From Tubiluchus corallicola (Eukaryota; Animalia; Priapulida): DNA of 64,000 nt. A program made the translations under genes and the position numbers. The notes beneath the pieces are model-generated. The model did no database searches, was not told where the DNA came from, and worked only from the letters and a program-made list of their open reading frames with translations. The stretch spans positions 124,001-188,000 of the forward strand of contig JAQGDQ010000399.1 in assembly GCA_030141605.1 (NCBI GenBank), read 5' to 3'. This document shows, piece after piece, positions 52,942-64,000 of the stretch. How positions within the stretch are numbered: the stretch's first letter is position 1; every line of letters begins with the position of its first letter.

Positions 52942-53150
52942 TTAAGGGAAAGAAAACCTATTTCACATTGTAATTGTTTTAACTTTGTAAGTATCCCATT
53001 GTTTACATGGACATTTTAAAACACGCACATGTAACGCCTAGTTCCAGAAGTTCCATTAAACAATTCCAATTTGTGAAAAAATTACACACTAGTAAAGCTG
53101 AGAACAATCTAATTTCTCACTAGGAACAAAGCATAAAGATCGTAACAAAC

Positions 53151-53252
53151 CTGAACGGCAGATGCAAAGTCCGTCTTTCGCTCGGCACGTTGCTTCATTG
53201 CTACAACTGCACTTGTGACTGCAGTTAAATCCGTATGTGCCTTGCGGACATT
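53151..53252 (-). CDS. MEGF10: Draper/MEGF10-like EGF-repeat exon
   Basis: ttttag|AA TGT...TCA G|gtttgt; ECPQGTYGFNCSHKCSCSNEATCRAKDGLCICRS(G), joining GWMGPSC of the next exon. Confidence 0.9.
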
Positions 53253-53338
53253 CTAAAAAATTAGTTTGGATAATAAACTTTTTACTGATAATAAATAATA
53301 ATATAAGCAAGAAGTATGTTATAAGAGGTTGATTGCCA

Positions 53339-53612
53339 TTGTTGTTGTTGATTGCAGTTGTTGTTGTTGTTGTGTGTGTGTATGTGTGTGTGCACGTGTG
53401 TGCGTGCGTGTGTGTGTGTGCTATGCGTGTGTGTGTGTGTGTGTGCACGTGTGCATGTGTGTGCACGTGTGTGTGTGTGTGTGTGTGCGCGTGTGCGTGT
53501 GTGTGCACGTGTGTGCGTGTGTGTGTGTGTGTGTGTGCACGTGTGTGCCATGCGTGTGTGTGTGTGTTTGTGTGTGCATGTGTGTGTGTGTGCGTGCATG
53601 CGTGTGTATGTG
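53339..53612. repeat. (TTG)n plus complex (TG)n microsatellite
   Basis: Directly visible. Confidence 0.95.
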
Positions 53613-53980
53613 CTGTATGTTGAAAAAATGACAAAAAGTCTCAATAATGACACTTGTCCAGTGGACACAATGCAGCAAGGGTACAAAATAGTAATTGCTA
53701 TAGCTCTGCCCATGCTCCTGGTTGCTACACTACACACACATTTTCATGAACCTGGTCTAATCTAAACTAATCCAGTCTAATACAATCCACCGTCTTGCTC
53801 CACTGTAATCATTCAATTGATTCAGTCCAATCCAGTTCAATCCAGTTTATACATTAATAAGCATGTTTCACACACTTCAAACGCTCGATGTAATGTTCAC
53901 AAAAACTCTGCTTAAGACTAAGACACGATTACAAAAGCAAACTTAAACTTTTATTATGAAATAAAGATGACTAACTCTAC

Positions 53981-54109
53981 CTTGCGTGCAGTGGGTTCCT
54001 GTCCATCCAGGTAAACAGTGACATTCTCCGGTCACGTGGTCGCATCTCGTATTGGGAGCACAATTGCAAATGTCCTTGCATTCTTCACCATACTGACCAC
54101 TCGGGCAAA
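53981..54109 (-). CDS. MEGF10: Draper/MEGF10-like EGF-repeat exon
   Basis: ctatag|TT TGC...CAA G|gtagag; CPSGQYGEECKDICNCAPNTRCDHVTGECHCLPGWTGTHCTQ. Confidence 0.93.
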
Positions 54110-55492
54110 CTATAGACAGTATAAGCAATATTATAGACAAAATAAACACTGCTGTACTGACCGCTCGGGTAAACTACAGACAGTATGACAATTATTATAG
54201 ACAAAACAAAAACTGCTGTACTGACCACTCGGGCAAACTATAAAAACTGCTGTATTGACCACTCGGGCAAACTATAGACAGTATGACCAATATTACAGAC
54301 AAAATAAAGACTGCTGTACTGACCACTCGGGCAAACTATAAACACTGCTGTACTGACAGCTCGGGTAAACTATAAAAACTGCTGTACTGACAGCTCGGGT
54401 AAACTACAGACAGTATGACAATTATTATAGACAAAACAAAAACTGCTGTACTGACCACTCGGGCAAACTATAGACAGTATGACCAATATTACAGACAAAA
54501 TAAAGACTGCTGTACTGACCACTCGGGCAAACTATAAAAACTGCTGTACTGACCACTCGGGCAAACTATAAAAACTGCTGTACTGACCACTCGGGTAAAC
54601 TACAGACAGTATGACAATTATTATAGACAAAACAAAAACTGCTGTACTGACCACTCGGGCAAACTATAAAAACTGCTGTACTGACCACTCGGGCAAACTA
54701 TAGACAGTATGACCAATATTACAGACAAAATAAAGACTGCTGTACTGACCACTCGGGCAAACTATAAAAACTGCTGTACTGACCACTCGGGCAAACTATA
54801 AAAACTGCTGTACTGACCACTCGGGCAAACTATAGACAGTATGACCAATATTACAGACAAAATAAAGACTGCTGTACTGACCACTCGGGCAAACTATAAA
54901 AACTGCTGTACTGACCACTCGGGCAAACTATAAAAACTGCTGTACTGACCACTCGGGCAAACTATAGACAGTATGACCAATATTATAGACAAAATAAACA
55001 CTGCTGTACTGACCACTCGGGCAAACTATAGACAGTATGACCAATATTACAGACAAAATAAAGACTGCTGTACTGACCACCCGGGCAAACTATAAAAACT
55101 GCTGTACTGACCACTCGGGCAAACTATAAAAACTGCTGTACTGACCACTCGGGCAAACTATAGACAGTATGACCAATATTATAGACAAAATAAACACTGC
55201 TGTACTGACCACTCGGGTAAACTATAGACAGTATGACCAATATTACAGACAAAATAAAGACTGCTGTACTGACCACTCGGGCAAACTATAAAAACTGCTG
55301 TACTGACCACTCGGGCAAACTATAGACAGTATGACCAATATTATAGACAAAATAAACACTGCTGTACTGACCACTCGGGCAAACTATAGACAGTATAAGC
55401 AATATTATAGACAAAATAAACACTGCTGTACTGACCACTCGGGCAAACTATAGACAGTATAAGCAATATTATACACAAAATAAACACTGCTG
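54091..55492 (-). repeat. Mixed 64-bp/34-bp array (28 units) derived from the acceptor of exon 53981-54109
   Basis: Each unit on - reads ...T(A/G)TAG|TTT(G/A)CCCGAGTGGTCAGTA; unit 1 overlaps the real exon start. Confidence 0.93.
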
Positions 55493-55886
55493 TCATAAGG
55501 CATTACGGCTTTTTAAAAGAAAGTGAAATTGAAGAACTACCATGTTTCCTGTTTTTGCTCTTTATCCGGGGGAATGACCCGATCAATACTCTCTTTGCTA
55601 CTTTTAATGCAGAATGGGTAAGACTTATTTTCTCACGTACAGAAGTAGAATTTCACCTGCTATTACTGTGCAATTGTAACAATACAGGCTACCACTTTTT
55701 CTCTATAGTAAGAGCTATGTTACTACTATAGCTGTGTTAATAATAGTAATAACTAAACTATCAAAAAAACTGTTTAATCAAAATGAAACTCCAAAAAAAT
55801 TAGAAGTTTTACTATCAATGAAATGCTTAAAGCCACGTTTATTAATCCAAGCCAATTTTATTACAGGCACATAGAAATATAAGTAG

Positions 55887-56142
55887 TTAAAAACGACACA
55901 ACTTTATTAAAAACGTTTGCATTAAAAAGTTAAAATCATATTAAACGTCTCGACTAGCTGCTGCTGTCATCATCAGTGTTAAATTTACAAACGTACAGCC
56001 AGTTTATATAGGTTCTAAACTGCTTATATGTTTGTAAATTTACCACTGATGATGACAGCAGCAGCTAGTCGAAACAATTGGCACGAGTTTAATTTTTAAC
56101 TTTTTAATGTAAATGTTTTTAATAATGTTCTGTTGTTTTTAA
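55887..56142. mobile_element. Palindromic Penelope-like element end with two degenerate hammerhead-ribozyme-like cores
   Basis: ~125-bp inverted arms; + arm CTGATGA-TGAC-AGCAGCAGCTA-GTC-GAAAC (56046-56075); - arm is the same with GAGAC. Confidence 0.6.
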
Positions 56143-56222
56143 TCATGTTTATTAACTCTTATTATATTAACAAATCAAGCAAAGCAATAATTCTGCAAGA
56201 TAATGTCAAGATAATGCAAATC

Positions 56223-56848
56223 TGCACAGTTAAAACTACGTTACGATGCTTCAAAGTAGAATACACCAAAAATTAGCTCAAATGTCAATTTTTTGTTTTT
56301 TTATAAAAACAAATGCTAAATATATTAGACTCTTATATTCTATCATCAAATTATCAGGAAAATGTTCAAAATATACTAAAAATATAATTTTATCGCCCCG
56401 TACCAACTTTTCTGGATAGAAACTAGTAATGCAATTGTAAAAAAGCTTGTATTTTCAAACACCGATAGAACCTCGTGGAAGCAGTCATTTTGCTTCAGTT
56501 TTTTTCTCTTGTAAAGCCCACACCTTTGTCAGGAAGAGCCATCTACTGGATTTAAACATAACTTCACTGTGCACTTGCAAAGTCCATAGCAACCAACATT
56601 TGTGCCGTTGCTAAGTGTTTTGTAGAAACGCGACAAAAAAACAATGGCTGACTTTAACAGTGATTTTCTCAAGATTATGCTTTTCAGTGCACAGCCTGCA
56701 CCTCAATTTCAATGTGGATTATCTCAGCTTAGAAATAACATAGAGAGATGAACTTGGTATCAAAATGATCCTCATGAAATGGAGATTCGGGATGTGTGAA
56801 TAACTAGAAAAGCTTAATTGTCGATTTATGGACGATTTTGCTATGCAT
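56223..56848. mobile_element. TIR element copy (inverted relative to 33511-34150)
   Basis: Reverse-complement homology. Confidence 0.8.
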
Positions 56849-57291
56849 GCTATGTAATTACAATTTTGAGCGAGTCACGTATAATGAATATTTGAAAATT
56901 TTAAGTTTTCCAAACACTTTTCCAAGCAAGCACATGTTATTGACAGAGTAAAATAAAAGTAAAAGAAAACGAAATAAAAAAAACTTTTATAAATAAAAAA
57001 TACATTTTGCATTTTCACGTTTTGCATTGTCTTGGTCCCAGTAAACATTGTGTTCGGTCTTTTTCTTGATCTTGGACGCAAAAGCTTAGTCTGGGATTTT
57101 CCAGCAGAATAAAACACCTTTTCTACTCGAGCTTTGGTGTACAGCTTAAATATTCACGATATTTGAATAACTAGACAAACTTAACTGCCGACTTGTGGAT
57201 GATTGTGCTATCCGTGCACACATTTACATTGAATAAGAAAGAACAATAAATAAGAAAGAACAAGAATAAGAAAGAACAATAAAATACCTAC

Positions 57292-57426
57292 CATCAGTGC
57301 AATCGAAACCTGTATACCCTGCAGCACAAGGGCATTTGCCACTGACGGGGTCACATGTTCCAGTTTTTTTATCACATACAGGACAGCGAAGTTTGCATTC
57401 TTCACCATAAAAACCATCTGGACAAG
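57292..57426 (-). CDS. MEGF10: Draper/MEGF10-like EGF-repeat exon (most 5' exon found)
   Basis: tttcag|CT TGT...GAT G|gtaggt; CPDGFYGEECKLRCPVCDKKTGTCDPVSGKCPCAAGYTGFDCTD. Confidence 0.93.
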
Positions 57427-57446
57427 CTGAAAGATGCATAAAATTA

Positions 57447-59590
57447 TTTCACTCCAATCTCTTCCTCACACATGTCATTGTTTCACTCCTATCTCTTCCT
57501 CACACATGTCATTGTTTCACTCCTATCTCTTCCTCACACATGTCATTGTTTCACTCCTACCTCTTCCTCACACATGCCATTGTTTCACTCCAATCTCTTC
57601 CTCACACACGTCATTGTTTCACTCCTATCTCTTCCTCACACATGCCATTGTTTCACTCCTATCTCTTCCTCACACACGTCATTGTTTCACTCCTATCTCT
57701 TCCTCACACATGCCGTTGTTTCACTCCTATCTCTTCCTCACACATGTCATTGTTTCACTCCTATCTCTTCCTCACACATGCCATTGTTTCACTCCTATCT
57801 CTTCCTCACATGTCATTGTTTCACTCCTATCTCTTCCTCACACATGTCATTGTTTCACTCCTATCTCTTCCTCACACACGTCATTGTTTCACTCCTATCT
57901 CTTCCTCACACATGTCATTGTTTCACTCCTATCTCTTCCTCACACACGTCATTGTTTCACTCCTATCTCTTCCTCACACATGTCATTGTTTCACTCCTAT
58001 CTCTTCCTCACACGTCATTGTTTCACTCCTATCTCTTCCTCACACATGTCATTGTTTCACTCCTATCTCTTCCTCACACACGTCATTGTTTCACTCCTAT
58101 CCCTTCCTCACACATGTCATTGTTTCACTCCTATCTCTTCCTCACACACGTCATTGTTTCACTCCTATCTCTTCCTCACACATGCCATTGTTTCACTCCT
58201 ATCTCTTCCTCACACATGTCATTGTTTCACTCCTATCTCTTCCTCACACATGTCATTGTTTCACTCCTATCTCTTCCTCACACATGTCTTTGTTTCACTC
58301 CTATCTCTTCCTCACACATGTCATTGTTTCACTCCTATCTCTTCCTCACACATTCATTGTTTCACTCCTATCTCTTCCTCACACATGCCATTGTTTCACT
58401 CCTATCTCTTCCTCACACATGCCATTGTTTCACTCATATCTCTTCCTCACACATGCCATTGTTTCACTCCTATCTCTTCCTCACACATGCCATTGTTTCA
58501 CTCCTATCTCTTCCTCACACATGCCATTGTTTCACTCCTATCTCTTCCTCACACACGTCATTGTTTCACTCATATCTCTTCCTCACACACGCCGTTGTTT
58601 CACTCCTATCTCTTCCTCACACATGTCATTGTTTCACTCCTATCTCTTCCTCACACATGTCAGTGTTTCACTCCTATCTCTTCCTCACACACGTCATTGT
58701 TTCACTCCTATCTCTTCCTCACACATGTCATTGTTTCACTACTATCTCTTCCTCACACATGTCATTGTTTCACTCCCATCTCTTCCTCACACATGTCATT
58801 GTTTCACTCCTATCTCTTCCTCATACACGTCATTGTTTCACTCCTATCTCTTCCTCACACACGTCATTGTTTCACTCCTATCCCTTCCTCACACATGTCA
58901 TTGTTTCACTCCTATCTCTTCCTCACACATGTCATTGTTTCACTCCTATCTCTTCCTCACACATGCCATTGTTTCACTCCTATCTCTTCCTCACACACGT
59001 CATTGTTTCACTCATATCTCTTCCTCACACATGTCATTGTTTCACTCCTATCTCTTCCTCACACATGCGATGTTTCACTCCTATCTCTTCCTCACACATG
59101 TCATTGTTTCACTACTACCTCTTCCTCACACATGTCATTGTTTCACTCCTATCTCTTCCTCACACACGTCATTGTTTCACTCCTATCTCTTCCTCACACA
59201 TGTCATTGTTTCACTCCTATCTCTTCCTCACACATGTCATTGTTTCACTACTATCTCTTCCTCACACATGTCATTGTTTCACTCCTATCTCTTCCTCACA
59301 CAAGTCATTGTTTCACTCCTATCTCTTCCTCACACATGTCATTGTATCACTCCTATCTCTTCCTCACACATGTCGTTGTTTCACTCCCATCTCTTCCTCA
59401 CACATGTCATTGTTTCACTCCTATCTCTTCCTCACACAGGTCACTGTTTCACTCCTATCTCTTCCTCACACATGTCATTGTTTCACTCCTATCTCTTCCT
59501 CACACATGTCACTGTTTCACTCCTATCTCTTCCTCACACATATCATTGTATCACTCCTATCTCTTCCTCACCACACATATCACTGTTTCA
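57447..59590. repeat. 34-bp minisatellite, ~63 copies
   Basis: Unit TGTCATTGTTTCACTCCTATCTCTTCCTCACACA; the 700-aa ORFs are artefacts. Confidence 0.95.
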
Positions 59591-60418
59591 TAAGACTGGA
59601 TACATATTTATTATTAGCTCCACAATACATTCCGTTTCTAACACAACCGTACACAGTCAGTTCGTGCTGCATCGTCAACTCTGAACGATATGCGAGTACC
59701 GTTAAACAAATGAATTTAAATTGAACTTAAACAACCGTATCAAAACACCATGTTTGTAATAAAACAGATAGCAAAGCACAGCATTGTATTACACTAGCAT
59801 CTCTATCTACAGTCTGATAACAATGCTCACACGTATCGTTGAATTTATTTATCGGGACATGTTGTTTATTTGTCAACAGCCAGGAGGAAGATCAAGATAA
59901 AATCTCTGTTATTTGCACAAAGACTGTACAAATATCTGCTATCACGGATGGGTTATTATTCACTATTAAAACTCCCTACTGTGTAAAACGAGTTTAGCTG
60001 TTTGAAAATAAGTAAAAATATAACAAGATTCTGTTTTTTACTTACACTTACATAGTTACACCTGCCCACTGCAGTACAATTACTCTTTTATGTTAACGAT
60101 AGTGTATGAAACATAAGAATTTAATACAGTAGATGTAATCATTTTGATGTCACTGTGTGCTTAATGTCATTATATTGTACTGAATGTGATAATAATAGTA
60201 AATAAAAGTACAATAGGTGACGTTAATCAGTGTCATGTCAGACATGTTTGCTTATTGCTTTGAGTAAGGTTCTATACTAACCAAATCTTAAAATGTATGT
60301 ATATAAAACAAATATATCCTTTTCACTTATTTTTGTTTTTCACGTATATCGCAATAACTGTGCATAACATGCCTACAGTGATAACGCAGTAACGAGATGT
60401 GTCATTTCACATCACAAC

Positions 60419-60792
60419 TGTTGTGTTTTGTTTCTCTCGGAAGGCTCGTAGAGAAAACCGGAAAACACTTCGTCAAATTAAACTAGTTTATTAAGCGAGA
60501 ATTCTACGATACAAAAGTATGAAGGAACGCGAAATGATTACAGTAAACGTGAAAATCTGGAAAACGTTTGAGTGTATCTGAATATACAAGTACACAAGAG
60601 AATGCGTAAGTGTGCGTCCGTGTGAGTCTGCGTGCGTGTGTGTGTCAGCGGCCAGCTTCGCCTTATATAGCGTGCCAGGGAACATTCCAGAAGTTTCTTT
60701 CTAGAACACTCTACAAGGTAAGACGATTATTCTAATGGAACATTCTGCAATGTTCTATTTAATTCTAATAGATGCCAGCGATCTCCACAACA
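60419..60792 (-). mobile_element. Solo LTR (374 bp)
   Basis: TGTTGTG...CACAACA termini; 5-bp TSD ACAAC on both sides; on - strand TATA (CTATATAAGG, 60661-60670) then AATAAA (60487-60492). Confidence 0.85.
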
Positions 60793-61146
60793 ACAACCAA
60801 CTATTTACAGTAAATACATTGACCTTTGGACTATGAATCTGTCAGTATGCAAAGAAAGTGCATTTATACGTGGAACGCCTGGACTAAAATTTCTATTTGC
60901 AATATTGTGTCTTGGATAGTTTTTGCAAAACCAAACGAACGAAGATTTGCCAGTTCACAAAGCATGTGAGCTTATTAAAAGGCTGAAATGTAATGTTCCA
61001 AAGTGCAAACAAAGAGTAATCTAAAGTACAGTCTGATGATATTTGGTATGTTTGAGCAAATTCATTTGTTCTTCAGACATTATTTCTCTGTACTACAGTA
61101 CTGACAGTTATTTAATAATTGTGTGTTTACTTTTTCGTTTATCAAA

Positions 61147-61319
61147 TAGTTTAGTTTAGTTTAGTTTAGTTTAGTTTAGTTTAGTTTAGTTTAGTTTAGT
61201 TTAGTTTAGTTTAGTTTAGTTTAGTTTAGTTTAGTTTAGTTTAGTTTAGTTTAGTTTAGTTTAGTTTAGTTTAGTTTAGTTTAGTTTAGTTTAGTTTAGT
61301 TTAGTTTAGTTTAGTTTAG

Positions 61320-61350
<31 letters not shown>

Positions 61351-61520
61351 ATTATCACATTCAGTACAATATAGTGACATTAAGCACACATTGACATCAA
61401 AATTACTACGTCATACTGTATTAAATTGTTATGTTTCATACGCTATCGTTATTATAAAAGAATAATTGTACTGCAGTGGGCTAGAGAAGCAAAGGCTTGT
61501 ATAAGCCCACTGTCATGTGA
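61147..61520 (-). mobile_element. LINE/SINE 3' end with (CTAAA)n tail; partial inverted copy at 60064-60208
   Basis: (AGTTT)n at 61147-61346 follows AATAAA on -; 61346-61481 is the reverse complement of 60064-60208; hairpin CAGTGGGCT..AGCCCACTG. Confidence 0.65.
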
Positions 61521-63249
61521 ACCCGATAAAAAGAATGGATGAGTAAGCAAAAAAAAGACCTGGGAGAAACGTTAGATCACACAGGAAGGGTAGAAGGATG
61601 TGTTAGTGGAGATGGCAGGAAGAAAGATAATAGATTGCGCTATGTTGACATCAGCTCTAAAGATTTATCAATGACGCCTTGTTTTGCATAATCTATACCA
61701 GGATTTAATGCTTTAATTTAAAGCAATAAATTAAAGAATTGTCATAAAATTACCAGTTGATTTTGTGCTCTTCCATTAAAATAAACTAAATTTGGGTTTC
61801 TGCTGTAATTATTTTAGTCGACTGAAAACACAGTACAAACTTAGTTCACGTTCTGATCACCTATGCCATGCACTGTTAAGCACAGACACATGTAGACGTT
61901 GTACATCTTTTCTAAATTCTAAAGTTAATTTTAATAATTTTTTAGTCAATTTAATTTTGGTGAAAATATGATAATTTTACTATGTAAGGTAAAAGTTTTA
62001 ATGACGTTGCATTGTTTTAACTATAAATGTTTTAAAGTGCTTGTAATTAAAAAAAATGACTTATAATAATTTAATATGTTAGGAAGTCGCTTTTGAGGTG
62101 CTATTACAGTGGTCACTGGTAACCACTGGTAATTAGTCGGGCAGTTAGTCAAGTGGTGTTCTGTCACTTTTCACTGAAAATCAACATGGAATTTGTAAGC
62201 ATCATTGGAGGTTTGAGTATTTGTAGAAATCAACTGATCACTTCATTTCTGTAATTTAAATCTTTGTTTTGTTGCTCAAAATACATATCTTGTTTTTTAT
62301 TATATTCTGTAATGGTCTCACGCGGGTTGGATACATGTCATGCCATGGTAAGAAAAAAGTTTAGCGATATTTGCCTGACTGACAAATACGATTCACAAAA
62401 TTCTGGACGTGTTTTTTCATACTCATAGCAACTCACTACACATTTTTATACAAACACACGTACAATTGTTTTTTATGCTTTAATCTGTTTGGCAGAAATT
62501 GAAAGATGACAAAACTTTAGTTTAACACCTCTGATGCAAAAAGTCAAAGTCGAAAAATTGCGTCTCGGATGCAGCATCTCATGTCATCAACTCTTATTCA
62601 TGAATCTAATAAGCTATTCATAGAGTCCAGAGCCGCGCTGTTTCAGCCGAGCTCCAGCCGCTTTATTTTTACAGTCGATCTAGCCTCAGCTTTAGTCGCA
62701 CCAGCCGCTCAGTGCTGGGAGTCGAGCTAGCTGACATTTTTGCCGGCTGCGAAGATTTTCGCTCTTGCCCTTGCAAGATCACGTGACACTGCAAATCACT
62801 AGTTGAAATATGGCAAACGCAATGCGGATTCGCAGTCAGTTTGTGGTGACAGAGACACTAAACTTTAGAAATTTTTGAACAATAAAGCTGGCCAATTCAA
62901 AATTAAATACACAAATAGGCAACGTTTGTCACATGTATGGCATCATTTTGGTGTTTTGGTATTTATTTGTCGGTAATCAAGATAAGCCTCACCAAGAATT
63001 GGATTTAAATTATATTTGCAATAAATCCACTGCTTTTTTATAACAATAAAAAATTGATCTCTAATGCATTATTTGAATTTGTACATCAGCTTTTTTCTGT
63101 GTATAAGTAACACTAATTATTTTGTCTTCAAAATTTAACAGTTAACTAACAATTTATCATTTATTTAGTTAACAAAAAATTTGTAGCTTTAGCTGACTTA
63201 GTTGATTTTTTCTTTAAGCAAACTCAGCTGAAAAATTAGTCAACCTCGG

Positions 63250-64000
63250 CCGAGTTAGCTGATTTACTGTGCGAGTCAGCTGATGTAGCAGCAATTGACT
63301 CAGCTTCAACAGAGCTAGCTGATTTACAGTGTGAGTCAGCTGATGTAGCAGCAATTGACTCAGCTTCAACAGAGCTAGCTGATTTACTGTGCGAGTCAGC
63401 TGATGTAGCAGCAATTGACTCAGCTTCAGTCGAGCTAGCTGATTTACTGTGCGAGTCAGCTGATGCAGTAGTAACTGACTCAGCTTCAGGCGAGCTAGCT
63501 GATTTACTGTGTGAGTCAGCTGATGTTGCAGCAATTGACTCAGCTTCAGCCGAGCTAGCTGATTTACTGTGTGAGTCAGCTGATGTAGCAGCAATTGACT
63601 CAGCTTCAACAGAGCTAGCTGATTTACTGTGTGAGTCAGCTGATGTAGCAGCAATTGACTCAGCTTCAACAGAGCTAGCTGATTTACTGTGCGAGTCAGC
63701 TGATGTAGCAGCAATTGACTCAGCTTCAGTCGAGCTAGCTGATTTACTGTGCGAGTCAGCTGATGCAGTAGTAACTGACTCAGCTTCAGGCGAGCTAGCT
63801 GATTTACTGTGTGAGTCAGCTGATGTTGCAGCAATTGACTCAGCTTCAGCCGAGCTAGCTGATTTACTGTGTGAGTCAGCTGATGTAGCAGCAATTGACT
63901 CAGCTTCAACAGAGCTAGCTGATTTACTGTGTGAGTCAGCTGATGTAGCAGCAATTGACTCAGTTTCAACAGAGCTAGCTGATTTACTGTGTGAGTCAGC
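63250..64000. repeat. 60-bp tandem array with a 5-mer (300-bp) higher-order repeat; runs off the window end
   Basis: Unit GAGCTAGCTGATTTACTGTGTGAGTCAGCTGATGTAGCAGCAATTGACTCAGCTTCAACA; the variant order at 63301-63600 recurs at 63601-63900. Confidence 0.95.

Noticed and set aside
53121-53150. Extension of the EGF exon to the GTGAGA donor at 53121
   Set aside because: It would insert LLRSLCFVPS into an EGF repeat; the donor at 53151 restores C.C..GW.G..C spacing. It could still be a minor alternative site
57434-59724. Three ORFs of >700 aa
   Set aside because: All three frames are open because the 34-bp unit lacks stops; intronic satellite
61147-61346. Telomeric repeat
   Set aside because: The unit is TTTAG, not TTAGG or TTAGGG, and it follows AATAAA as a retroelement tail
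63214-63969. 251-aa leucine-rich ORF
   Set aside because: Translation of the 60-bp satellite

Overview
AT-rich, repeat-dense eukaryotic DNA, probably from an invertebrate (protostome); the ORF track misses most real coding because the genes are spliced. Two convergent multi-exon genes can be reconstructed by hand. (1) The last three coding exons of NTAQ1/WDYHV1 (N-terminal Gln amidohydrolase) lie on + at 21728-21873, 23388-23509 and 29639-29748; I did not find its 5' exons. (2) Twelve 3' exons of a Draper/CED-1/MEGF10-11-like EGF-repeat receptor lie on - from 57426 down to the stop at 35495; its 5' part was not found and probably lies beyond the window. An intronless divergent ionotropic receptor (IR/iGluR family) ORF is nested antisense in one of its introns (45748-47061). 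The rest comprises a 5S-rRNA-headed SINE with an RTE-like tail (3 copies), LINE 3' fragments, several MITE families, a solo LTR, a Penelope-like palindrome with degenerate hammerhead cores, and over a dozen minisatellites. The most striking observation is that tandem repeats have repeatedly been built from the genes' own splice sites: 37 in-frame copies of the NTAQ1 last-exon acceptor, 28 copies of a MEGF exon acceptor, and a duplicated NTAQ1 donor. All family assignments come from my own recognition of motifs; no database search was run.
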